Assembly (NCBI RefSeq): GCF_000143415.4
Contig: NW_003314286.1
Coordinates: forward strand, 1,487,718 to 1,551,717
Length of the DNA: 64,000 nucleotides
Reading direction: 5' to 3'
Source: Selaginella moellendorffii
Taxonomy: Eukaryota; Plantae; Lycopodiophyta
Shown here: in pieces, positions 14,514 through 25,933 of the stretch
Layout of the letters: each line of letters opens with the position of its first letter
Numbering within the stretch: the stretch's first letter is position 1
Made by a program: the position numbers and the translations under genes
Notes under the pieces: generated by a model
Told to the model about the DNA's origin: nothing
Databases searched by the model: none
What the model saw: the letters and a program-made list of their open reading frames with translations, nothing else

Positions 14514-17500
14514 TTACTTCCACAACATCAACCCAATCCATACAAGTTCTCTAGATTTTGGAGTGCCTAGTGGATCTTGTGTTTGGTCCACTCCTTTGAC
14601 GGGTATGTAAAGGGAAGAAAACTTCTCGTGTGCATGTGGAGAACCTGGGAAATTGAGTAAATGATGTACTCTGTCTCTTAATTTGGATCCAAATAGGCTC
14701 TCTTGGTTGGAACTCTGGAGAATCAACTGCAAAGTGATGGAACTTGGATAACTCTTTCGGGCTCATATCTATAAAATGTTCAAACATACAAGATTTTTAG
14801 TTGTTTGTGAAAGTAAATAGTTACCTCGAATGATGTCTACAATCCAGCTGCGAAATTTTTCTCCAAAGTCCTGATCAAAGATCAGGTAGTTGATGAACTC
14901 CACGGGAGGAATGATCGTCCTTACTCGGAAGACCTGTAACAAAGCATCTGTCCCAATGAGTGAAAGCCCACCTAGCAATGCTGGACTCTTGTAAGGCCTC
15001 TGATGAGCTTCCATGCGCATTGAGTGTTGGAAGCCATCTCGGAGTAAGTTTCCCACTACGTTTGGCTTGATGAATAGGTAACACCAAACCACCATAGCCA
15101 CACATGCTTCCACAGCCTACTCATAACCTTCACCAAGTTCGGTGAGTCTAAACTCAAGCACTACATTGTAGTCAGTAATTGCAGGGTTCTCTAGGATGGA
15201 ATCCACAGACTTGCGCCGATCGCCCTTCTCCTTTAGGTTTGATGCACCTCGCAATTGGTTGAGTGCATTCCAGATATGCGGCGCGCATGCCTTGAAGTCC
15301 ATCTCATATAGTCCTCCTCGGGCAAGTCGTCGGTCATCCTCGTTTGGAACCTCTCCAGCTGCAATTGCTAATGTTGCAATTGTACACCCGTGAGATACCT
15401 GTGCATTACATTTGAATGCTTGGAATAGCAACCATCCCACAAAGATAGCTTGTGCATATAGAAATGAGGAGCATATAAAACTTGTGCTTTAAACTTAACT
15501 TACCACATCCCGCTCTTCTTGTCGCAATGTCCTAGAATACACTGGCATCCTGGGATGCCAATATGTGGCTCCTTCTTTAAGCACAAATAGTCCACGCGTC
15601 TGTAACACAAAGTTACTTTAGTGAGCCAAGTGAAAATTAGACTTACCAATCCTGGAATCTGGTGAACAGCCTCCCTAATGGCTTTTGCATATGGCCCACC
15701 TGCATCTATTGTGGATTCCTCCCACACCAAAGCTCCTCCAACTCCAATTCATAGGCAATCCATTGCTTACCAGAATGCGAAACGGCCTCAAACATGTACG
15801 AGCAAGTCTGTATCGCCAAAGCATGGCTTTCTCAATGCAAAAACGAGAAAACTTACAATACAGTGTTTTAGTAGTGTCAAATAGTTCTCTCAATTATTGT
15901 GCAGCCGCCCAATTCCTACGTAGGTCCCTGCACAAAACCATAAGATGGTACTAAGTGCTAAGAAATAGATACACGTACCTCTTCTCAATGAACCATGCTA
16001 TTGTGAACTCAAGAATTGAAGAAGGCACATTGATATTTACTTCAGTAAGGAGCTGTTGGATTGTGTTGTCACAAAACACATCCTCGTACTGTGCTTCTGA
16101 AAGGCCAAGCTTAAGGAGAACACTCTCCCAATCTTGCCAATGAGGCATGGCTTGGTTGAAAAGCACGCGCCGCAGAAATATTTCACCGCCAGCCCAATGG
16201 AATTCAGGGTGTCTAGCAATAACGTCTAGCATCTCCTCGTCACTTGTGCTCTCCACGCCAAAGCAACCAAGAAGCTTGTGTTTCAGCCATTGCACCTGTA
16301 AGAGAACTTCAGCATCCCCCTGTGCCTTCACCTCAAGGGTTGTGGTGGCATCCTGTAAGGCAGAAACTTCCTCATGCTGCAGCATGATGAAGTTGGCATT
16401 ATCCTGAGTGGTTAATTGAACAGCTTCATTTAATGCATTGGTGGCATCAATCCATCTTTGTTGACGCTCCAACAATCTACATGCAAACATTAGTTCAATT
16501 TTGAATGGCACAATTTTCAATTATCTTACTCTACTGTAGAAAAGTTGTTAAGCAACTCCATAAGAGTAAACGGAGTGGAGCTACTTCCCTCTAGAAAGAG
16601 GGGTGGAGGCACACCATGGTCTTCAAGGCCTCCGCCATCACTGTCATACACTACCATTGGCTTATCTGCACTCAGAAATTAGAAAATGAAGAAAATATTA
16701 ATTTATGTTAATGCTGTAAGCTCCTGAGTTTGGACTTCCCGGGAGGTCACCCAGCCCAGTACTATTCAAACCCAAAGACGCTTAACCCCAAGTATCCCAA
16801 GACCCTTAACCGATTGGAAAAGGGGGTGCACTCTTGTTCATGGGCCCTTTCCCTCTATATTTGAACCCCATGGATCGTCTCTCAAGTCGTTCCCTTTGGT
16901 TGCTTACAATCCACCACGCTTCCCTGCAAGTTCACGCCCTCGTGAACGGAAGCTGAGAGCTGCAGCTCTCCCGAGAGCCCCGCTCTCTTGACACCCTACC
17001 CCTCGGGTCGAGCCCAGCGGGAGCAAACTGGACCAGCCAGATGTCAATCAACATGTGGTGTGATTCCCTTAGCCAACCAACAGAGTCGGACCCGAGACCT
17101 CTCTGATACCAAATGTAAGCTCCTGAGTTTGGACTTCCCGGGAGGTCACCCAGCCCAGTACTATTCAAACCCAAGGACGCTTAACCCCAAGTATCCCAAG
17201 ACCCTTAACCGATTGGAAAAGGGGGTGCACTCTTGTTCATGGGCCCTTTCCCTCTATATTTGAACCCCATGGATCGTCTCTCAAGTCGTTCCCTTTGGTT
17301 GCTTACAAATGCTTCTTACCGGCTGCATGGCCTAGAGCCACTATCTTTGGTGACAAGGATGTCTCCGAAGATCCTTGGTGCAGTTTATCCCCACCATCAC
17401 CTTGTTCTTCGACTTCGCTAATGTCTATGTTGTCTTGTGTGGGGAGAGTTTCTTCTGGTAATGGAAGAATGTCCTCTTCATCCGCAGAGTCTTCTTCTTC

Positions 17501-19200
17501 ATTATTCTCGTAAGGGTTTGGTTCCTGCGTGGCTGGCCTTGGATCATCATTTGCAGTCAAGGTATTTGTAGCAGCTACAACTGCAAAGACCACAACATAT
17601 ATTTGTGAGGAGGGAACTTAAAAAAAAAAAATGACTTACGTTTACGAACATCCTTTTCCTCGAGTGCTCGGGCCTGCTTTGGATAACTTAGCTAATGTTT
17701 GTCAGTAAGATGCTCCATAACATTGTATAGGTATATTACTGTTGCCCGATTGCCATTGGCCTTGTTTGCTATAGCTCCCCATGATGTTTGAGGAGGCCAG
17801 TAGCAAGGCTGGATAGAGCTGAGGCCAAATTTTGTAGACTCGGCATGGGCCTCACCACCATTGGATTGCCTTGCACGCCAGACAAATGCTCCTGGGTTGG
17901 TCATGGATGAAGGTTGGATTCCTGAGGCTTGGAGTGATAGTAGAATTGCATGTTGGGCTATGCCAGGCTGGAAAGGAATACTGGAGTATAAGCCACCCTA
18001 TATGAGACACTCTAGGAGGTCCACTGCCAGCTCGTCAAGTTCCGTCACCTTCACAGATGGATCTCTTTTCCGCCCATACAAGTGTACATGCCAAGTCTTC
18101 GGGATTGCAATCCACTTGGTGACAAGAACTGTGGTGAACGGTCGAGGGACCAAGGGTGTCGTAGACAACATCCCACCAATGACTTTGGATCGACTGCCAT
18201 GACGTCCATAATGACAAGATAAGGACTACCGATTGTTATTGGCATAGGTGTGCACTACAGCCACAATTGGTGAGAGAGTCTAGCACAGTGAAACGAAAAT
18301 GGGTTAAACAAATCCAAAGAAGAAAAAAAATGAAGAGTGCATGGGGTCATGTTATACCTATGGCTCACATGGCAACCCACCTTGAGGGTTAGCTTGAACA
18401 TATTTGAATGTCGAAGCTCCACTAGATGATGATGTTGATCCTCGGGAGTAGTTGTGGAATGCTGATGGGGAACTATAAGCTCGCTGATGTGGCAGCATTG
18501 TCAACTCACCCTACACAGAAAAACACATGGAAAAAAAAATGGGTACAAATGAAAAACGTACCAAGCTAGACCGCTTGTTGCTTCGGGAGGTAGATGGCCA
18601 GGTATTGGCACTTGTACCGGTAGATGGAGTTGCGAGAGTTGTAGCGGTTGGTGGAGTTGTGGGGCTGGTAGCAGTAGCACTATATGGGGTTCCGTGAGCA
18701 CGTCCTGTAGTTGGTGTTGGTGGCAGCATTCCAGATTGGACAACACCATAGGCATGAGGCGTTCTGACTTGCTCATTTCGAATGCTCGAGCTGCTACTTT
18801 CCAAGGAAGGTGAGGAGAATGAAACATGCTGAAGGTTCCGCATATGTTGCAATGTATGCAATGTTAGGCGGCACTCTGCTTGCTCAAATGCAGTCAGAAG
18901 CTGTGGATGGGATGCTGTTGGAGTTGATGTCTCTGGTGCGGAGCTTGGAAAATCAAGTGGTTGGCGTGTGTCTCGCGGGACTGTTGGCTGTACTGATTGC
19001 GGAACATTAAGTGCTTGGCTGCGTACTCGTGAAGTGTTTCCTGCATAGTGTGTACTACTGTTGAGGCGTGTGGTGTTCTTGCTTCGAGCCTAGAAACCAC
19101 AAAGGATTGGTTATGCAAACCTGATCGAGGAGAAGCTACCCATCATCACAGCTGTGGCGCTCTCACTTGGGCGGTGGTCCTGCGATCAGGGGAGTGTGCA
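14514..19200 (-). pseudogene. Multi-exon HECT-domain E3 ubiquitin ligase-like gene of the transposon, interrupted by Cassandra; 5' limit approximate
   Basis: Ser/Thr/Pro-rich N-terminal exons and an acidic linker, then WEESTIDAGGP (HECT N-lobe start), GWLLFQAF, FIDMSPKELSKFHHFAVDS and FPRFSTCTREVFFP (catalytic Cys context). Confidence 0.65.
16715..17307 (-). mobile_element. Cassandra-type TRIM retrotransposon, full length (593 bp)
   Basis: Two 194-bp TG..CA LTRs (16715-16908 and 17114-17307) with one difference seen; 5-bp TSD AATGC; tRNA-iMet PBS TGGTATCAGAG on the minus strand (17101-17111); purine-rich tract next to the other LTR; 5S-like core GTTAAGCGT...TAGTACTGGGCTGGGTGACCTCCCGGGAAGTCC in each LTR. 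Confidence 0.93.
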
Positions 19201-19412
19201 CTAGAAGCCTTGCCTCCGGTTAGATGACAGGAATCGATTGGAAGAACAAACAAACCATCGACAAAATCATGTCATAAAATGAAATTGCCCCATATCCAAG
19301 GCACAATTAATATGGGTGGGACTTGGTGAAAACCCTAATCCCAAATGTGGGAACCCTAAAATTGAACAAATCAGGAATTGAATTTAAATTTGAAATGTAC
19401 ACTAAAGAACAC

Positions 19413-21150
19413 TCAATTTTCTCCGAGTATGGCCAAGTATAATTTTTCCAAAGCTCGTCGCTTCACTAGTGTTGCTGTAGGCAAGGCACTCTCAATGTAA
19501 AGTGGTAGATCTACACCCGCAGCATCAGCCATTGCACACTTCTTTGTTAGATCCAAATGAAGTAGATATTGCTCATCTAAGTTGAGTCCCTCCCGATGCA
19601 TAAAAAATGCCTGGTTTTGAACAGTGCCAAGAGCCTATAAGGTAGCCAAGCACAACAAAATAGATTTAAAGAAATTGTTGTATTCTTGCTCTAAAGATTA
19701 CCTCTAACAAAGTTGCACCTTCGACATTAGAGAGAAATGGTCCCGAAAGGTCTTCAATATCTTTTCCACCAACAGCCGGCATAATCCTACAAAAACACAT
19801 TTTATCAGGAATTCTGTAACATTACCAAAATTGTTACCCAAGCTCTCGTTCCATCAGTTGAAATAAGTTTGCAGGAACATGAGATGGTCTGAAGTAATCA
19901 CCACATCAATACGGACGGACCTCATGGAGGTTCCAAGTTGCAACCCAGTGTGAAATATCCTTCTTGAGGTACAGAGCAAAGACACAACGTAGACTCTGGT
20001 TGTGCCATGGATTAGATACATCGAGAATTCCTATATCTTCCATGAACTCAAAAAGGTGCTTATAAAACCACACCACACGCTCAAAGAGCTCTCTCCACAA
20101 ATGCTCTATGCTCTGTAAAACACATTTGATTTAGTCCTATGAGTCCTTATTTGGAAAAACTCTAATGCTGTGAGTACCTAGTTATGTATTGACGTCCCAC
20201 ATATGAAGCTCCTAGCTGCAGGACCCCAACAGCGGATCATGTCCCTCTCAACCTCATTGTGCTCTAGAGCATTGTCGCTCCGAATGTGTTTGGGCCTTCC
20301 AAATCGACGAACAGCTTGTGCATATGTGTTAAATATTGCATGGGATTCTTTGGAGGTAGATAGCTCCCAAGTTACAATATAATGAGTTGCCCCGCAAATA
20401 ATGGCATGTACATAGAAACCATAGCTTACAAGCTTGCAATATGCTACAATAAACATGTTACCACATGTGTTGATAAAAAAGCAGAAATGAAAGAATACTC
20501 ACAATCCATATGGCAAAGTGCATAAGCCTCATCGTTCCTATAAATCCGTCGTCAAATCCTTGTCATGTGCCTCTGTTCCAGCCTACTTGGATCGTGAGTG
20601 GCTAAAGCCTCATGAATTTGGCGTCGGCTAAATCAATATCCTCCAGTTTGACAGCTAGATCGGGAATTGATAATCCCTCAGTTTGTGCCACCTCGATTCA
20701 TGGCATTGTTAGTTCGAACGTGATGAAGTACCTCTTTGGGTGGTACTCTATAATATACACCTCTCCAATTTGGATCGACAAGCCGCATTTATTTGTACAG
20801 TGTTGGCTTGGAAATTCTAAGACAGCATGTGAGGTAAGCAGTAGTCTTAGTCTTAAGGATCTTCAAGTGCATCCAAGTGCCAAATGCAGCTGGACTACAG
20901 AATCCCCTCGATTGCAAAAAATTATAAAAGGCCTAGAAACATGCAAATCATGAATCTAGGAGGCTGGAAACTAACAAACCTTTGGGAGAGCATCGTTGTC
21001 ACTATCCATATTGGAACCACACTCTGAATCACTAAAATTGGATGGAAGGCCATCCACTTCATCTTCCTCCACCTCTTCTAGTAAACCTGGAAGAAAAAGT
21101 TTCAGTGACACAAATTTGAAGTAAACTAGGGAGGGAACTATACTCATAGT
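19413..21150 (-). pseudogene. Spliced DDE transposase, IS3/rve integrase-core type; 5' limit approximate
   Basis: RRIYRNDEAYALCHMD/SYCKLVSYGFYVHAIICGATHY...AVRRFGRPKHIRSDNALEH...SFICGTSIHN*/SIEHLWRELF...MEDIGILD...WVATWNLHEVR. The D, D and E are visible; TAG at ~20178 where Gln (CAG) is expected. Confidence 0.85.
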
Positions 21151-21621
21151 AGGAACTTAAAAGTCCATAGAGAACAATCGAGTAGTAAATCAAAGCCACT
21201 TCTAACACTGCCCACAAAAACATTTCAAACCACTCACTAGCAAACTAAGTTACCTTTCACATCGACTACCAAGAAACATGCCGAATAATAGAGCACTAAA
21301 GCAAGGCACTAAGGCAGGGAAGCATCTCCTAAACCCTATGACCTAATGAATCCCCATGTCATGGGGTCAAACTTAATGATATGTGGCATCTATGTGTAAC
21401 ACATTGTTTATATTATGGGGACATCATTGACCCATTGGCCAGCATCCATGGGGCATTCATGAGGCATCCAAATGACATTTAATGCTGAACCAATAGAAAA
21501 CTGCCACATGAACACTGTATTATGAGTGAAATCTACCGCAGTAACACTCACCCTTTTACGAATTGCATGCCATATGTTCGCCACTCGTGGTATATGGGGG
21601 TAGAAAAGAGTAAAAAACTCG

Positions 21622-23658
21622 TCATATATATGTACGATGGACGATTTCCCCGGTGCTGTCGTCTTGCCCCATTTGTTTTTTAGTCTTGTGCCTCGTCGCC
21701 AATGGAATCCGGCTGTTGGAAAGCAGCACGAATCCCGCTCCAGAGCTTGGATCAGAATCAAAAACCAGTGTTGCTGCTCGGGCCCCATGGAAGCCGTCAC
21801 TGTGGCTCCGACTAGCGGCCAAGAGAGTAATCCAATCGATGGAATCAGCAGCAAATGGCATGTTGGCCAGCAGCTCGTATGCATGCTCCAAGTATCCTCC
21901 TCGGCCCAGGAGATCGACCATGCAGCAGTAGTGCTGTTTCTTAGCTCGGATCCCATAGTCGCTCTCCATGGACGTGAAGTAGCATCGGCCGTCGTAAACT
22001 CGAGCTCCGCAGCTACACGAGATGAGGATCGAGACGAAGGATATGTCGTCCGGCGTGTAGAGCGCTCTCATATAATCAAAAGTTGATCTTGCTTGGTGGG
22101 AGTGGCCGTTTAGAGAGTACGCCGCGAGCATGGCACCGCAAGATATCCGGTTCTGCTCCGGCTGGCGAGTGAAAATCTTCTCGGCTTGTGCCAAGCGTCC
22201 GTTGCGAGCGTAGGCGCCGAGAATACAAGTCCAGGAGATTTCATCGCGGTGTGGAACACCAGAGTAGAACAGGCACTCGGCTTCCTCAAGCTGAGCAGCC
22301 ATGGAATACGCGGCGATCATCGTGGTCGACGAAACCATGTCGTGCTGCGGCATCCGGTCGAACAGATCCTTGGCCGAGTTGAGATGGCTCTTCACGGCAT
22401 AGGCAGCGAGGAGAGAGTTCCATGAGACCAAATCCTTGCATGGAAGCTCGTCAAAAACTTGCTTTGCATTCTCCACGCTTCCAGCTTGCGCATAAGAAGC
22501 CAAGAGAGCGTTGCATTGCACCAAGTTTACCTCCGGCAACTTTGCAAACATCTCCTTGGCGTTTTCCAAGAGGCCATTTTGGGTGTAGCCCGTGAGCATG
22601 GCATTCACGCTCACCACATTCTTCTCGGGCATCCGATCAAACAAGTCCTTTGCTCTGGCCATATCCCCGTGCTGAGCAAACGCCGCCAGCATCGAGTTCC
22701 AAGATACGAGGTTCCACTGTGGTATCTCGTCAAACATGTCTTTGGCCTCGGCCAGCTTCCCGTCCCGAGCAAGCGCGGCCAGCATCGAGTTCCACAAGAC
22801 CGTGTTGGCCTCGTAGCTCGCTGAAACGCTGTCAAAGAAGCTCTTTGCCCGTCCAAAGTGGCCGTTTTGGGCGTAGGCGACGAGCATTGAGTTCAGGGAC
22901 ACAAGATTGTGCTCGGGCATGCGCTCAAACGTCCGCTTTGCTTGCTCCATATGCCCGTTTTGGGCATATGCCGCAAGCAAAGCGTTCCAAGACACAAGGT
23001 TCCGCTGTGGCATTTCTCGGAAACATTTTTCAGCCTCTTCAGTGTCTCCCTCTTGCGAGTACGCAGCTAAAAGTGATGTCCAGCAGAACAAATCATGCTC
23101 AGGCATAGTATCAAACACCGTAAGCGCTTCCGCAAGATGCCCATTCTGGGCATATGCTACAAGAAGAGCATGCCAAGCTACCAAGTCCAACATGGGAATC
23201 TGATCCAACAGCGCTTTAGTAAGACCAAAATTCCTGACTTTCGAGCTCGCAATCACCATGCTCGTCCACGAAACCAAGTTGGCCTCCGGCATCCGCGAGA
23301 GGAGATCGCTGGTGAGCTCGAGATCCCCGTTTCGAGCGGCCGCCGATAGCAGCGTGTTCCACGCGAGTACACTATGCTGCGGCATTCGGTCCAGCAGCAG
23401 CGCCATAGCTTCTCGGATAAACCCGTTGTCGCAGTAGGCGGCGAGCATCAGGATCCAGGAAAAGATGTCCTTGCGCTGGATGCTGTGGAAGGCCGCAAGC
23501 GCCAAATCCACGCGGCCGTGCCGCCCGTGCATGGCGATGAGCTTGTTGAGGACAAAGAGATCGCGGCCATGGTGCGATCGCGCAAGCCGCTCGACGTCGC
23601 GCGCTTGGGACGGGCTCGCACAGCTCCGGATGAGAGCCAAGCACGCATCGCGCTCCAT
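21622..23658 (-). CDS. PLS-class PPR protein (long run of short S/SS motifs), E domain, no DYW
   Basis: Intronless ORF of repeated F..MP..NLVSWN.LL.AYAQ.G motifs, then HYCCMVDLLGRGG...W..LL.A...GFVLLSN. Confidence 0.92.
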   Translation of the reverse strand: MERDACLALIRSCASPSQARDVERLARSHHGRDLFVLNKLIAMHGRHGRVDLALAAFHSIQRKDIFSWILMLAAYCDNGFIREAMALLLDRMPQHSVLAWNTLLSAAARNGDLELTSDLLSRMPEANLVSWTSMVIASSKVRNFGLTKALLDQIPMLDLVAWHALLVAYAQNGHLAEALTVFDTMPEHDLFCWTSLLAAYSQEGDTEEAEKCFREMPQRNLVSWNALLAAYAQNGHMEQAKRTFERMPEHNLVSLNSMLVAYAQNGHFGRAKSFFDSVSASYEANTVLWNSMLAALARDGKLAEAKDMFDEIPQWNLVSWNSMLAAFAQHGDMARAKDLFDRMPEKNVVSVNAMLTGYTQNGLLENAKEMFAKLPEVNLVQCNALLASYAQAGSVENAKQVFDELPCKDLVSWNSLLAAYAVKSHLNSAKDLFDRMPQHDMVSSTTMIAAYSMAAQLEEAECLFYSGVPHRDEISWTCILGAYARNGRLAQAEKIFTRQPEQNRISCGAMLAAYSLNGHSHQARSTFDYMRALYTPDDISFVSILISCSCGARVYDGRCYFTSMESDYGIRAKKQHYCCMVDLLGRGGYLEHAYELLANMPFAADSIDWITLLAASRSHSDGFHGARAATLVFDSDPSSGAGFVLLSNSRIPLATRHKTKKQMGQDDSTGEIVHRTYI

Positions 23659-24020
23659 CACGCCATGTGGCAGGCTCTCTACGTGACACGTCAGACCCGA
23701 AAACTCTAACTATTGCCACGTCATTACTAACCGATGTGATAGTTTATCATTGAAAAATAACAAGAAGAAGAATCATAATATTTGCCGGCATTCCATTCCA
23801 TACGTTGCTCTCACGTCGACTTGCAACTTTCCACTTTCCTTCAAAGAAATCAAGACAGCTTTTACAGAAAGTTGCTTCATGACGACAAAGACACAACACA
23901 ATCCCAGATTTTCAAGGAATCCCTCCTTGATCTTCTTATATAGACAAATTTTTTCTGTCCTTTCACAATGAGTCGAAATATTGCAGCGAAAACTTCGAAA
24001 GATGTACCATACTACACGAA

Positions 24021-25871
24021 TCACGCTTTCAGCGCATTTCCCAGGACCACATACGCTGCTCCGGCACAGGCACCTTCCACTGCTCTAAAGCTCTTTTCCT
24101 TGAATGAATCACCATCTGGGCTTCTGCAGGAAGCTCCCAGCAGGCTCATCCATCCCTCCGAGTTGGGCTCGTATGGCATCGTCTCAATGAGCTCCTGCGC
24201 CATGCCAAAGTAGCCACCCCTCGCCAAGAGATCAACCATGCAACTGTAGTGCTGTATTCCCGGGCAAATGTTGTAGTCCTGAATCATCGACTGGAAGTAA
24301 CACCGTCCAGAGTAAACGTCTCCCTCATGGCTGCACGAGATTATCGCCGACGTAAAAGAAGACTCGTCGCGAAGAACGGTCAGTGCCATCGAGGCGAAGA
24401 GATTCTCAAAGATGCCACGCGATTCCCCGTTGCTCCAGCACCAGGCAAGCACCGCGCTCCATTCGGCAACACCCAAGAAACTGTAAGGAATGCGCTCAAA
24501 GAGACAAAGAGCGTTTCTCATGTACCCATTCCGGGCATAAGCGGCAAGCAGCGCATTCCATGAAATGGAGCTTCTATGAGGCATTGTATAAAATATTCTC
24601 TGAGCATCTCCAATCTCTCCCACGCAAGCGTAAGAGCTTAGCATGCACGTCCACGAAATAGAATCTCTCTCAGGCATTCGATCGAATGTGCTTTTTGTTA
24701 CTTCTAGATCTCCCATCTGGGCATATGCAGCAAGCACTGCATTACAAGAGACCAAGTCAATCGCTACCATAGAATCAAAAAAGCTTTTGGCAATCGACGG
24801 CTCCCCGGCCTGCACAAAACCTGCTAGCATTGCATTGCACAGGACAAGATTCCATTCCGGAATCTGGTAGAAGATCTGCTGTGCTTTCTGGAAATTCCCG
24901 TTCCTGGAATGGACCGCCAGGATCGAGCTCCAGGAGTACGAATCGTGGTAAGGCATCGAATGGAAGAGCTCGGCGGCTTCATGCCCGTTCACCATAGCTC
25001 CAAGAACAACGTTCCACGAGATTAAATCCCGGCACGGCATTCGATCAAACAGCTCCCGCAATTCGCAGGGATTCCCCGCCTGGGCATTTGCATTAAGAAG
25101 CGCATTCCAGGAAACTAGATCGTGCTGAGGCATTCGATCAAAGATCTCCTTCGCAACTCTGGAGTTGTTATCAGCTGCGATCAGGATCGAGGTCCAGGAC
25201 ATCAAATTCCTCTCTGGCATCGCCTCGAATAAGCGCAGAGCGGAGATGAGGTCCCCGTTTTGTGCATACATGTCAAGCAGCAAGTTCCACGAGACCAAGT
25301 TCCACTCGGGGAGTTTTTCAAAGAATTCTCGTGCAAATTCAACGTCTTCTCCTGCAAATGCTGCGAGCATGCTGTTCCAGGCTACAAGATCTCGCTGTGG
25401 CATCTCTTCAAAGATATGATGAGCTCTAGAAAAGTTCCCAACTCTGGCGAATGCTGCGATTATTGAAGTACAACACACAATATCCTTTTCAGGCATGTCG
25501 GAGAAAACTTCCTCGGCAGCAAAAAGATCATCTTTGTCAAGAAACGCGACCAGAATCAACGAAAACGACACCATGTCCCTCTGCGGCATCTGATCAAACA
25601 ACGTTTTGACGGTTTCCAGATGCCCTGCTTTGGCATATGCGGACATGAGCAAAACCCAGCTGAAAACGTTGCCGCTGCTGCCCAGGCTCGCAAAGGTCTC
25701 TTGAGCATCGCTTGCGCTGCCGAGCCGCCCATACATTTCAATGACCTTGTTGTAGAGGAAAACATCATCACTGGCTCTCACCACCCTTTTGATTTCCAAA
25801 TGGACCTCCCTCGCAGTACCAAGAGTTTTGCAGTTGCGAAGGGTTTCAAGGCATCTCCCCCGATCGAGCAT
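24021..25871 (-). CDS. PLS-class PPR protein (S/SS-rich), partial E domain, no DYW
   Basis: 616-aa intronless ORF with MP.RDLVSWN repeats, HYSCMVDLLARGG and WMSLLGASC. Confidence 0.9.
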   Translation of the reverse strand: MLDRGRCLETLRNCKTLGTAREVHLEIKRVVRASDDVFLYNKVIEMYGRLGSASDAQETFASLGSSGNVFSWVLLMSAYAKAGHLETVKTLFDQMPQRDMVSFSLILVAFLDKDDLFAAEEVFSDMPEKDIVCCTSIIAAFARVGNFSRAHHIFEEMPQRDLVAWNSMLAAFAGEDVEFAREFFEKLPEWNLVSWNLLLDMYAQNGDLISALRLFEAMPERNLMSWTSILIAADNNSRVAKEIFDRMPQHDLVSWNALLNANAQAGNPCELRELFDRMPCRDLISWNVVLGAMVNGHEAAELFHSMPYHDSYSWSSILAVHSRNGNFQKAQQIFYQIPEWNLVLCNAMLAGFVQAGEPSIAKSFFDSMVAIDLVSCNAVLAAYAQMGDLEVTKSTFDRMPERDSISWTCMLSSYACVGEIGDAQRIFYTMPHRSSISWNALLAAYARNGYMRNALCLFERIPYSFLGVAEWSAVLAWCWSNGESRGIFENLFASMALTVLRDESSFTSAIISCSHEGDVYSGRCYFQSMIQDYNICPGIQHYSCMVDLLARGGYFGMAQELIETMPYEPNSEGWMSLLGASCRSPDGDSFKEKSFRAVEGACAGAAYVVLGNALKA

Positions 25872-25933
25872 GAAATGATTCTTTCAAAGCCCTTGGAAGT
25901 TTTTTAAACTCGCAGCATATTCTCGCATCTAAT

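Larger units (their letters stand above)
12890..21594 (-). mobile_element. Defective IS3EU-like DNA transposon (DDE transposase plus HECT-domain gene); ends approximate
   Basis: Lower-GC block between the CYP start and the PPR stop. Carries a spliced IS3/rve-like transposase and a downstream co-oriented HECT-like gene. Related motifs at both ends; no TSD found. Confidence 0.7.

Noticed and set aside
16735-16790. 5S rRNA gene
   Set aside because: Only the internal part matches, and it lies inside TG..CA LTRs with a TSD and PBS.
12985-21600. Alternative termini TATACC...GGTATA (12991/21594) and TATGG...CCATA (13038/21574)
   Set aside because: Only short inverted matches and no flanking TSD, so exact ends were not called.
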